Assembly (NCBI RefSeq): GCF_001194135.2 | Contig: NC_068988.1 | Location: forward strand, 96,683,954 to 96,719,084 | DNA: 35,131 nucleotides | Origin: Octopus bimaculoides | Lineage: Eukaryota | Reading direction: 5' to 3' | In this document: positions 10,952 to 22,520 of the stretch, piece by piece | Position numbering within the stretch: position 1 is the stretch's first letter | Layout of the letters: every line of letters begins with the position of its first letter | Program-made: the position numbers and the translations under genes | The notes under the pieces: model-generated | The model's input: only the letters and a program-made list of their open reading frames with translations | Told to the model about the DNA's origin: nothing | Databases searched by the model: none

Positions 10952-12316
10952 TTTGCCATTTCATAATATTGGTTAGCAGAAGACCGTCCGGAGAATAATT
11001 TTTCTACCATTTAATATAATGAATGGGATTATAAGGATGTGAAAAACGGCAATTTATTCCATATCTGAATTAAAATAATAAATCAAAAAATACATTAAAT
11101 TAGTTTCTTTTCAACAGGCCTTTCTTGAGGGATCTATTCCTGCAAATTTGACTCATGGATTAAGAGAGACAAATTCGCAGTTTACAATAATTAAAATTAA
11201 TTAGATATAGAATAGAGTGGGGAGTTAATGGGGAGTAGCTCAGTGCCACATCTGAACACCTGCTGCGTGCAAATTGAACACTGAAGTGAGAATTGACATA
11301 ATTCATTTAGTAAGTCAATTTTAAAATATATGTGTATTTACATGTTAGTATGTGTGTGTATGCATATATATGAGTGTATGTATGCAGAAATCACTGATTC
11401 CTTATTCAAAATAGTGACTGAAGTTCACGTGTCGGGAATCACATGACTATGAAAATCATATATATATATGTGTATGTATATATATGTATATATATGTATA
11501 TATATATGTATATATACATATATACATATATATGTATATATATACATACATACATACATACATACACATATACGCATATATATATACGTATATAAAATCC
11601 TTCTATGTCTCTCAAAAAACCAAATCACTAGACTTACAGACTAAACATACGTACGCCAGAAAGACATGAATGTATGACGGAAATGTTGAGTTAATATGTT
11701 GCAGGAGTCAGTTCTACCTGATACGATAATATCACCCAGGAGACGCCATTACCGTCATAGTTTCGCCCTTATGTCCCATAAAGTTTCTCTTAACATCACA
11801 TTCTTGTTAAACCTACTGCTAAGTGATACGATGTATTTCTAAACCGTATAGGATAAAAGATGAGCAGAACAGATCGCACCAAGCCTGTTATGATAATCAT
11901 ACCACACAGACGTGTATACATGTATATTTATCAATAGATGTATGTTGAAATCTGTAAACAATGAGTCTATATATTCATATGTATATCTATCTATCCGTCT
12001 ATCAGTATGTTTGTCTACATCATATGTGTGTGTGTGTTAAGTAGTTTTATATTTTAAAAAAAATCACATTAAAATGAATAATTATTATTCAATACTTTTT
12101 AGTTGAGTACATATTTATTAGACTTTTAATAGAGCGGCGATAGGGACTTCGAAGCTTTGGTTCGGCCTCTTAGTATTCATCGGACTCAGGAATCATAGTC
12201 AACCCTCTCGTGAAAATTTGATATACACATACACACATACATACATACATACATACATACATACATACATACATCCATACATACATACANNNNNNNNNNA
12301 TATATAATATATATAT

Positions 12317-12347
<31 letters not shown>

Positions 12348-12480
12348 TAGAAGGAAAACGACAACAGAACCAAGGCAGGACGCCTACGACGGATCCGTCC
12401 GTAGCTCCTGCCTCAGCTGTCAGCTTGGAACCTAACGGATCACCAATTGTAGCACTTACACTCCGTACCTATTCGTTTAG

Positions 12481-12660
12481 CTTACCATTCCCTTTAATAT
12501 GGCAAGACGCATCTGCACCGTAGTTACACAGCCCACACTACAGGAAAGAAGATTACATGGACTAAAATGTTTCCTTAAAAGACAAAAAATATCCGATGAA
12601 CCTTATCAATACAGCCATCATTTTCAAGGCCCAGAACATTCCAGTGGCAACACTGGGAAA
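12481..12660 (+). mobile_element. Penelope-like element reverse transcriptase C-terminal (thumb) fragment with one frameshift
   Basis: LTIPFNMARRICTVVTQPTLQERRLHGLKCFLKRQK, then (extra A near 12608) YPMNLINTAIIFKAQNIPVATL. Matches the PLE pattern IP(F/Y)..ARRIC.IV......R..RL..LK..L..R.YP...I...I.KA..IP. Confidence 0.8.
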
Positions 12661-12949
12661 AACAAACAAAAAATAAAATAAAATAAAAAGGACAAAACAG
12701 TCATCCTTTTTGTCGTCATCCACAAACTAAGGAACTCAAATTTATTTTATGGACTAAATTTATGGACTAAAATTTATATTATTAAAAAATTTTAAAAATA
12801 ATAAATTAAACTAATTAGAACTACCAATGAAGTAATTTTTTTTCTGTTTTCAAATATATATATGTTTCAAATATATATATGTTTGTTCGTGTATGTGTAT
12901 GTGTGTCTTAGCCTTATAAACAGGGCTAATTTAACTATTTCTCCACGGA

Positions 12950-13016
12950 TTGAAATAAAATAACCTTAATTGATTTTCTAATCTTATTTGACCCTCATCA
13001 GAGGCGTTTACATCAA
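12950..13016 (-). ncRNA. Near-intact minimal type I hammerhead ribozyme (one conserved core pair mutated)
   Basis: Minus strand: TTGATGTAAAC-GCCT-CTGATGA-GGGTC-AAATAA-GATTA-GAAA-AT-CA-ATT-A-AGGT-TATTTTATTTCAA. Stem I GCCT/AGGT plus a distal extension; G10.1 faces A instead of C. Confidence 0.55.
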
Positions 13017-13393
13017 TTTGACCAATTTCAGAGAAATAAACACTCAGCCGGTTCATATACTCTATAATCACCGTAGCTCAGAAAACTGTATTTACTAATT
13101 TGCATACCTTAAGTTTTAACACTTTATTTTAAACAGAGCCCTATCAACTGATATTATATATATATATATATAAACTGTATCTGTCAGCGCAACGGAGTCT
13201 AGCAAGCTGAAGCTTTAATGTCATTGTCACCCCTCTTCTTCTTGTGAAAACAATAATAAGCATGTACTCTACAGAAAATATTGTGTAATGTTAAATCGTA
13301 TTTTTTTTTTTACAAGTCAACAGAAAAGTAAACATTTTTGAGGTAATTAAGTTTAGTTACACTTCAAGTAGTGTTTTTTGTAGAGCTACTGTC

Positions 13394-13428
<35 letters not shown>

Positions 13429-13455
13429 ATTGTTCTTCTTCTTCTTCTTTTTCTT

Positions 13456-13486
<31 letters not shown>

Positions 13487-13497
13487 TTATTATTATT
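13394..13497 (+). repeat. Compound (TTG)n-(TTC)n-(TTA)n microsatellite
   Basis: Seen directly; successive units differ by one base. Confidence 0.95.
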
Positions 13498-14736
13498 AAT
13501 CTTCCTTTTTCACATAGTTATAGAACGGAAATGACTACTTGAAGTATGACGACCCTCAGGAATTAAAGATGTCATTTTGTTCAATAATGAGAAGCAATGT
13601 CCTTATTAAAGACAGAGATGGAATCAAAACAATCTCGTAATTAATTGACAATTGAAATAAATGAATGACAGCTTTTCTTACAATTTCAAAATATCGCTTC
13701 AACAATAACCAATCAGCCTCTTCATTTTCTCACATTGTTTTTGCTTGTATTGTTTCTATATGTTTGATACTATTTTTTTCTTAATTTTCTATAAGTGCTG
13801 TTCAAGTCGAGCACCTGTTGACCTCTACATTACAGTTTATTTGTCGTTGGAGTTCGTGCATAAGGGCGCACTGGGCAGTGGTTCGGGGACCCCCCACAGG
13901 TCTAGGGGTCTAATTCTGATCTATGTATGCTGCGTATTCCTGTCAATAAATAACTACTCCACAAGCCGTGCATTATTTGCCCTGTGGCCTATAATACTTT
14001 TAAGATGGCCCCGTGGCTGAGTCAATAATAGAGTAATAAAAACCTAAACAAAAGACCAACGGTTCCTGATCTGTTTATCATAGCTGTATTGTTTCCTTGG
14101 TCAATACTCTGAAGTCACAAATCATAATTTCATCTTCCAAGCTGATGACTCTGCTACAGAATGGGAAATATTCGCATATGTAAGAACCAGGAGCTCCGTC
14201 AAATTGACCAGAGTTCGCTTTATTTTTAGTGCTGAATTGAAAACTGCTAACAGGTTGAATTGAATGAGATGCGTAAAGAATATTTCGTCGATGCAGCAAC
14301 CACTCAGTATTCAATTGACTTCCGGCATGAAAAATCACGCAAATATAACCCAAAATTAAGTACTGTCACTAAAACCTTTATTATTAAAAGTATCATCGTG
14401 TTCTGATACAAAATATTGGAGGTAAATCAATACCACAAGCCGTTTTACTAAACGCTCTACAGACTCTATTATCCACCTGCTTCTTTACTGTTATCACACC
14501 GAATTGTGTTGTTCCTGGAGATCCTTGGCTACCTCTCAGTCACATATATACAGTTAAGAGTATTTTTCATCTCACCGGACACTTTTCCTCCATTACATAT
14601 TTTCATCACTTGCTTCTGACCACGATTCCAGCGAATTTCTAAGCACATAAATCCAAAGTTGAAGAAATCCAGTTCCAGTATCCGGCCTTAGTGTTTCAAA
14701 CTTTCAGAAACATCCGTACGTAATACCTATTTCCAG

Positions 14737-14737
<1 letters not shown>

Positions 14738-14817
<80 letters not shown>
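14738..14817 (+). repeat. Perfect (CA)n microsatellite
   Basis: Seen directly. Confidence 0.98.
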
Positions 14818-14818
<1 letters not shown>

Positions 14819-16431
14819 TCGAGTTGTTGCAGGTGTGGGGTGTACACCGTAATAAACATTTGACTCCTTTAATAGCTTTTAAGCTTAAAACTTGAGGATT
14901 TAAAACTGCTTATCTGTATCTAGTTTCTGATCAGAATGCCGAAAGGGATTAAAAATAGTTCCCCCTCTCAATCAAGATCACTCTCCATACACAACCATCA
15001 TTTGGAGTTTGCAAATAAATATAATAATTATGATATCGTTATTTATATTTTGTTTAATTTTAATCGCTGAACTAATGATGAAATATCTGCTTTTCGTGTC
15101 ATTGTTATTTATATTCTTATTGCCTTTTTTTTTCCAGTATAGTTTCATATCTGAACTAAATAAATGGTTTAACTTCTTCTTTGATCTCCAATACGTATAT
15201 CTCACTTCTGATATTGCGTTCTATCCTTCCTGAAAACATATATTTCTTTAATTACTTTGCTATTTAGAACTTGGTGGTAAATTTGAGTGGCGAGTGAGAA
15301 AAAAGTGTCTGACTTTCTGCTACACAGACTCTTGAACTGATGCGGAAACTAATTATATTTGCCATGTCAAACCATTTAAATTTAATTAAGAAATCATTAA
15401 GGTTTCTTCAGAAATCATTATTTATACCTTACACTAAATCATTTACACATATTGTACTTCATAATTATCTGAGGGCAAGAATTCCTTGACATCGCATAAT
15501 TACTTTCAGTACATATTCATTAGCTCACAAAATCACCGCTAAATTTTCTTGCAAGAAAAATCATGTCTCGCAAAGAATTCTCCGGAAGGTGTTGATGTGG
15601 AAGAAAAGTAATCTATTCACATTTAAATTTGAAACTTTGAAATGGAATAAGTCGATTTATAACCCCTCTGTGCGCCGATGGCATCTCATTAAAGAATATT
15701 GATACAGTTGAACGGAGCACATATATTAACAAAATGCTCAAATATAAACAATTCTTGTCATTTTAGAGAGATTTGGACTTAATGGTTTCCTGTTTGATGC
15801 AGCTGATTACTTTATTAATTGCAAAATTCCTAAAAGACTTGAGCCCCGTACTATTTCCTTTACGTCCATGTTTAAGTATATACGATTATTTTAAGTTGAA
15901 AATTGGAATATTTGAAACGATCTTGTTCCCTTGAGCACAGAACAGAGTTTAAACGGAGAGCAAGCTGCAAACGTTTTGGTATTGATCATTTATCAACATC
16001 AACAAAGCAATCTTTAGTGAAACAATACGTTTATAAAATAAATTCCTCTTCATGCCGATTGGTAACGCACTTGCGCGCGCGTGTGTGTATATATATACAT
16101 GTATGTTTATATATATATGTTTGTATATGCATTTGTGTGTATATATATGTGTGTGTGTGTGTAAGTGCATATACGTATACACACACACATATATATGCCT
16201 AGGGTTTTAAAATACACCTATGCTGCTTGAAATATGACCTAATATGCTCTAATGCCGCAGTTGACGCACATTTTAGCTCTTATTTCTAGCAATGTAGGTG
16301 GTTTTTAACACCCAAGTCATATTTAGTGACGATTATAATTGTCTTTTTTGGTGAAACATTGCAACCTACTGTTTACATTAATTTGATATATGTGTGTATG
16401 TGCGTATCAGTGCAGGTGTGTGTTTGTGTGT

Positions 16432-16620
16432 GGAAATGCATGGCTTGTGAGTGGTTAGTGTGTTGGACTCGTGATCGTAAGATTGTGGTTTCGATTCCTG
16501 GACCGGGCGATGCGTTCTGTTCTTGAGCAAAACTCTTCATTTCACGTTGCACCAGTCCACTCAGCTGGAAAAACGGAGCAACCCTGCGACGGACTGGTAT
16601 CCCGTCTTGGGAGTGAATAA
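16432..16620 (+). mobile_element. tRNA-derived SINE, family C
   Basis: A box TGGCTTGTGAGTGGTTAG, B box GGTTTCGATTCC, body CCAGTCCACTCAGC...AACCCTGCGACGGACTGGTATCCCGTC. Homologous to 30116-30304 (-). Confidence 0.8.
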
Positions 16621-16659
16621 ATATGTTATCCGTAGATTTATTGCAGAGGAGATGGAATG

Positions 16660-16737
16660 AATAATAGACTTTATTGGGTACAACACATGTTTCGACCTGT
16701 TCTGGGTCTCTTCAGGTACATCAATAAAATTATTATT
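16660..16737 (-). ncRNA. Minimal type I hammerhead ribozyme with complete catalytic core
   Basis: CTGAAGA (16715-16709); stem II GACC/GGTC with loop CAGAACA; GAAA (16693-16690); stem III AC/GT with loop ATGT; GUU triplet; stem I GTAC/GTAC extended by ATTG/CAAT and further A-U pairs. Confidence 0.8.
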
Positions 16738-17840
16738 GCATGAATATTGAAACATTTATACAATAATTAACGAGTTGAATGATTGCCTCAGCATTGCCAT
16801 AACCTAGTGATATCAGTTCATAAAATAAGTAAAAGGAGATGTACAACCATTGCACCATTTCCTCTGTTCATCAGAGAAGAGAAAACATGGAAGCCATGAT
16901 TGTTTTCAGTAGTTTATTTTTTAAATTTTTTGTAAAATAATTTTAATGATTTATTGAAATACGTTTGTGAAGTTTTTATTGAAAAAGCATATTGAAGTAG
17001 TTGTGAATGTACCACCCTCAAGAATGTACTTTATATTTATACCGTGTCGTGGCTAATTAGCTAACGAGTAATTATTTCTACATTCGTTATAGTTAATGAA
17101 TTTAATGAAGTTACTTTATTCTTTTTTCTTTATTTTTTTGTGATTTTTGTTTTTGGTGGCGGGATTTTTGTATTTGTTTACGTATATGGGGATCTATGTG
17201 GGTTGCATATGTTTTCGTATTGGTCTGTATGTGTGTGCGCGCGCGTGTTTGCGTGTGTATTTGTGTGTGTGTTTGAGTGTGTGTGAATGTGTGTGAGACT
17301 GACTGCGTGTGTTCTCATATTATTTTATCGAATAAAGTTACACATTGCGCTTGCAGCTTCTGTCTTCTCTCAGATTTGACTGAGCCCCTTCCACTNNNNN
17401 NNNNNNNNNNNNNNNNNNNNNNNNNNNNNNNNNNNNNNNNNNNNNNNNNNNNNNNNNNNNNNNNNNNNNNNNNNNNNNNNNNNNNNNNNNNNNNNNNNNN
17501 NNNNNNNNNNNNNNNNNNNNNNNNNNNNNNNNNNNNNNNNNNNNNNNNNNNNNNNNNNNNNNNNNNNNNNNNNNNNNNNNNNNNNNNNNNNNNNNNNNNN
17601 NNNNNNNNNNNNNNNNNNNNNNNNNNNNNNNNNNNNNNNNNNNNNNNNNNNNNNNNNNNNNNNNNNNNNNNNNNNNNNNNNNNNNNNNNNNNNNNNNNNN
17701 NNNNNNNNNNNNNNNNNNNNNNNNNNNNNNNNNNNNNNNNNNNNNNNNNNNNNNNNNNNNNNNNNNNNNNNNNNNNNCATACATGCATACATACATACAT
17801 ACATACATACATACAAACATACATACATACATACATACAT

Positions 17841-17950
17841 TCAAGAATACCCTGTTGTTGATGATGAAATTCTAATGAAGGAACCTTGGATCTAGGTTAG
17901 AAACCGGCTCTTTCTCTATTGGCAAGAAATCTTGAAATAAACTGAATAAT
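17841..17950 (+). repeat. Unclassified ~110-bp interspersed repeat embedded in (TACA)n, copy 1
   Basis: Aligns end to end with 26243-26350 (shared TCTAGGTTAGAAACCGGCTCTTT and TCTTGAAATAAACTGA). (TACA)n on both sides. Confidence 0.85.
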
Positions 17951-18927
17951 GACATACATACATATATACATGTGTATGTATGTATGTATGTATGTATGTA
18001 TGTATGTATGTATGTATGTATGTATATGTGTTGATAAACTTATTCATAGTCACAAAACACATACATATAAACACACATTCACGCATATACATATAATTTC
18101 ACATATAAATTTGAACATACGTTTGTGTGACTGCCTCTTCCCTCCACCCACTCTCCGCTCTATGACGTCGCCTGCTGTTACAGGAATGCCTATCTGTTTG
18201 ACATCTGCTGTTGTCTCTCTTTCTCACATTCTACCTTTCTTTCTCTCTCCTTCTCCGCTTGTGTCTCTTCCTCTCTATTTCTTTTTTTCTTTTCTCATTC
18301 TCTGGTTTTATATAATCTTTATTTTATCTCAATTATTATTATTATTTATATATTTTAATATATATTTGTCTCACTTCCCTCTCCTGGCTATCTCTCCTCC
18401 AGTGCCTTCAGCAACCCAGCCGACTGCGTCTTTTCGCCATTAATACTCATTTTATGCATTCAGATATCTTCTCTGCAACATCGTGTTTCGCTGATTTGTT
18501 TCCTGTAACTTCTTTCTTAAGGTTCTTATTTTCTACATTTATATTCATATTTTATATATTTTATTTTTATTAATTATTTCTTATTATATGTTAGTAAGGG
18601 TATTAGGGCAGTTAGCTCAGGCTTACGAGATAGCCCCCACCCACAGTTACTTACTCGTGTTTCTGCTTGTATTTTGTTTTTATTATTCTTAATATATTTC
18701 ATTTTACAACGCTTTAATGTTTCTTTTAAATCTGATGATTCTCTTCCTAGTCTTTAATGGAGTTTCGTTATAGAAATAGTTTAAAGATTTAGCTGTGTCG
18801 TCCAGCGTTTCATTAATACGAATAATTTCACCGTTTTTTTAGCACGTGGAACCCTGGTGTTCTTTTGTCCTCGTCATGTCATCATCATCATCATCAATAA
18901 CATCATAATAACAACATCATCTGTAAC

Positions 18928-18998
18928 TACGTAGTTTTGGGTTCAGTCCCCCTGTGCAGCATTAGGCAAATGTTTTCAAGTATAGCCCCAGCCTGATC
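18928..18998 (+). mobile_element. Degraded 5' fragment of family B SINE
   Basis: GGGTTCAGTCCCCCTGTGCAGCATTAGGCAAATGTTTTCAAGTATAGCC resembles 2392-2435 and the reverse complement of 9710-9760. Confidence 0.6.
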
Positions 18999-19030
18999 TA
19001 TATCTTGGATCTATGTACGTGGAAGCTCCC

Positions 19031-19150
<120 letters not shown>

Positions 19151-19681
19151 ATGAACGCGAAATTTTGTCTGTCCGTCCGTCTCATTTGCTCTACATAGAC
19201 ATATTCTACCTTTTTAGAATCAGGATGTGTGTTCTTGAATGACTTACAAACATCTTCCACGCTGCAATTGATTTTGTTTCAGCACAGGATCTCAGATTAA
19301 GTCACTTGCTATGCAAGTATACCTCCGTAACAGCAATCAGGGATGAAATATATATATTTGTAAGATGTATATTGCTGTTGATTTCGACAACATAAAACTC
19401 AAGCAATTTACGTCAATGATGCAAGCTATGTGCATTAACCACCGCCCCGCAACGAAGAAGAGTGATGGAGTTCAAAAGATTTCATTCCCAGACAGGGGAA
19501 AATTCTCGTGAAATAAGGAAAAGTTGTTTTAAATGGTTTAAATAAATAAATAACTGCAACGGAAAAGACCCATGTAAAAATGGCAGAAAAAAAAAAAGAA
19601 GTGTTTCCATGTATATGTGAGTGCAACGAAGGAAAGCTGGTCTCAAGAAAACATAAACACTAACCTAAATGTTTTCTACAG

Positions 19682-19762
19682 TTCCGCCAATGGAACAGAA
19701 ACTGTGCACTGCATGGGTTGTTGTTTGAATGAAGTGGGTTATTCTCGACAGACCCCTCGTAG
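19682..19762 (+). other. Candidate 81-nt internal exon of an unidentified gene
   Basis: Branch-point-like CACTAAC (19658-19664), acceptor TGTTTTCTACAG, donor AG|GTAAGT. One open frame (phase 2/2): SANGTETVHCMGCCLNEVGYSRQTPR. Confidence 0.45.
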
Positions 19763-19928
19763 GTAAGTGGAATATTGAATGAACAATTCAATAGATTTTT
19801 TTTTCAACACCCTGCTGGTACATAAACAAAGAGCTGTGATAACAGAGAGTTTGGACACTACAACTTTATATGTAAGTGGTGGGTTGCAACCACCAATTAT
19901 ACTGACTTACTGTAATAGCAGCTGTTAT

Positions 19929-20127
19929 AAGGTTGTTAGCTGGCAGAATCGTTAGAAAGTCGGATGAAAATGCTTAGCAGTATTATATCCGGCTCTTCAC
20001 GTTCTGAGTTCAAATTTTGCCGAGGTCAGTTTTGCCTTTCATCCCCTCAGGATCGATGAAATAAGTACCAGTTAAAGCAGTGGGGCCGATATAATCGATT
20101 TGTTCCTACCCTTCAATACGGCTTGCC
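19929..20127 (+). mobile_element. tRNA-derived SINE, family A, diverged, 3' end lost in a gap
   Basis: TAGCTGGCAGAATCGTTAG...GTTCTGAGTTCAAATTTTGCCGAGGTC...GCCTTTCATCC, collinear with 2037-2244. Confidence 0.85.
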
Positions 20128-20717
20128 NNNNNNNNNNNNNNNNNNNNNNNNNNNNNNNNNNNNNNNNNNNNNNNNNNNNNNNNNNNNNNNNNNNNNNNNN
20201 NNNNNNNNNNNNNNNNNNNNNNNNNNNNNNNNNNNNNNNNNNNNNNNNNNNNNNNNNNNNNNNNNNNNNNNNNNNNNNNNNNNNNNNNNNNNNNNNNNNN
20301 NNNNNNNNNNNNNNNNNNNNNNNNNNNNNNNNNNNNNNNNNNNNNNNNNNNNNNNNNNNNNNNNNNNNNNNNNNNNNNNNNNNNNNNNNNNNNNNNNNNN
20401 NNNNNNNNNNNNNNNNNNNNNNNNNNNNNNNNNNNNNNNNNNNNNNNNNNNNNNNNNNNNNNNNNNNNNNNNNNNNNNNNNNNNNNNNNNNNNNNNNNNN
20501 NNNNNNNNNNNNNNNNNNNNNNNNNNNNNNNNNNNNNNNNNNNNNNNNNNNNNNNNNNNNNNNNNNNNNNNNNNNNNNNNNNNNNNNNNNNNNNNNNNNN
20601 NNNNNNNNNNNNNNNNNNNNNNNNNNNNNNNNNNNNNNNNNNNNNNNNNNNNNNNNNNNNNNNNNNNNNNNNNNNNNNNNNNNNNNNNNNNNNNNNNNNN
20701 NNNNNNNNNNNNNNNNN

Positions 20718-20765
<48 letters not shown>

Positions 20766-21852
20766 AATCTGGTAGAAAGATAGATAGATAGATAGATAGA
20801 TTGATTGTGTAGGATTGTGTATACAACTGACACAGTGACAACTCTGAATAATTATGAACTGCACTGTTTAGCCATGGCTTAAGGCCCTTGTTTCGACGTG
20901 CGAGTGTCTTGTTTCCCAATGTTAGGCGAACTATAATTTGAACCTACATTCTGTAGATGACATGCGATATGTTTAACAAGGCTTCTAGAAGTAATCTCTG
21001 CTGTGATTGTCTGAGTCTTTTGGCGTGTTGTTTTCCCACTCACCTAACAACAGCTGAGTCGTTGTTAGCTCAAAGTACAGTGTTTTTAGGGGCATATATA
21101 AGAATGAGATAAGCCATTTAGGGGACAGGTAAGGAATGATAGTGTGAAGAAGTGACTGACATTCACAATGCCAGGGTAAAGCGATTTTGTGCTCGTCTTC
21201 GGTTGAGGCTAAATAAGTTATCGCAAAATTCTTGTGTTTATAAAAAAGGCTTTCAAGTAAGAAAGCAGCCATCATACGATAATTTTTCTCCTCATATCTG
21301 CAATACACATGTTGCAGACATTTGGTTATTGGTGGTCAAAAGGTTCGTGAATGACAATAAATCAAATTTTTTAAACATTATAAAATATTTTTATAGTTTA
21401 CCAACCGTAAATACTGGTTTTGTAAATGTGTGGTTGTGTTGGTAAGATCCTACTTTGAAGGGATTGGCAGTTGAACCAACAATTCCTTTGGAGACAGGAT
21501 TGTTTGATAAAAGGCTTGACATAAGACAAATAGCAACAGTTGGTTGACATGTTTACTAGAGACGTGAGTCTGAGTTATTTCTATTCGTTAGAGATACAAT
21601 GAATATTTTGGTGCATCTATAGCCACATTTCATAATTTTACTCAATATTTTATAATGATTATGGTTCGTTAAGAAATATTTTGGACTAAGTTAAAAAAGT
21701 ATTTCGTGACATTAAAACGTAATAATGATCTTAAAGGTGGGTTACACAACACAGTATTAAGGTAACTGCTGTTTCGGGAATATTTTTATAGAGCTGAAAT
21801 TGAACTAGTGTCTATATATAAGCGATAATGCGAAGTCATCAATATGGAGTGT

Positions 21853-22520
21853 TTTGTTAAAGAAAATTACGCCTGAAGAATTGTATGATAACATTTTTGG
21901 CGAAGCCTAAGATTGATGTCAGCGAGTCATTGAAATTGATTTCGATGTGTTTCCTTTTGTCATTCGGTTTTGCCATAAACATGTTATGTGCTATTCTCAA
22001 GGCTTAAACTGATGTCAAAAAAGTTTACGGTATGAAGTTGGTCGTCTAATATCTTGATGGGGTTCTCCTTTAGCCTGACGAACTGATTTATCGGCGATGT
22101 GTGTAATTATGGGCCCTTCATCACGATACAAACCAGATTCTTTCATAAGGACTATATGTTTTATATTCGGCAGGATGGAAGGACCAATTAAATCAGAACT
22201 CCTGTAGAGTGTCTGCCACCGTTTTTAATTAATAGGTCATCGTCGAAGGCGAGCAGTGACTTGTGATCCGATAGAATTATTTTCAGGTCTGGCTCTTGGT
22301 TACGTGGTTTCAAGTGCAATTTAAGACTTTAAAGTTGACAGAGGAATTAGAATCAACAATGCCCGAACTGGATAAATCTATGCACGTTTTGTACAATTAA
22401 TGTTATTAAACTGCCGGACGCCGGATGTGGTATTATCCTAAAGTTTTATGAAAGTGACTACTGAAGATTAAACTAGGATTGCTCTACTGGACCTACCGAG
22501 TTCGCAGAATGTTGTTTAAA
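21853..22520 (+). mobile_element. Possible ancient, heavily mutated Penelope-like RT relic
   Basis: Motifs in PLE order when indels are allowed: FVK (21853), FDV (21941), MGSPLA (22057-22075, one extra base), TN*FIG resembling ANLFMG (22078), IFGRMEG (22164), KLGLLYWTYRVRRM (about 22470). Confidence 0.35.

Noticed and set aside
12159-12183. CCGATGA-ATACT-AAG-AGGCC-GAAC on the minus strand
   Set aside because: Both core boxes are mutated, stem II is half lost and no stem I or III is found; too decayed to support.
14142-14170. CTGATGA motif and possible small exon ending in GTAAG
   Set aside because: No HHR geometry; the acceptor is weak and the phase does not fit the better exon candidate.
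16432-16500. tRNA gene (also at 2037, 2340, 30240-30304)
   Set aside because: A and B boxes are present, but there is no full cloverleaf and each continues into a repeated SINE body.
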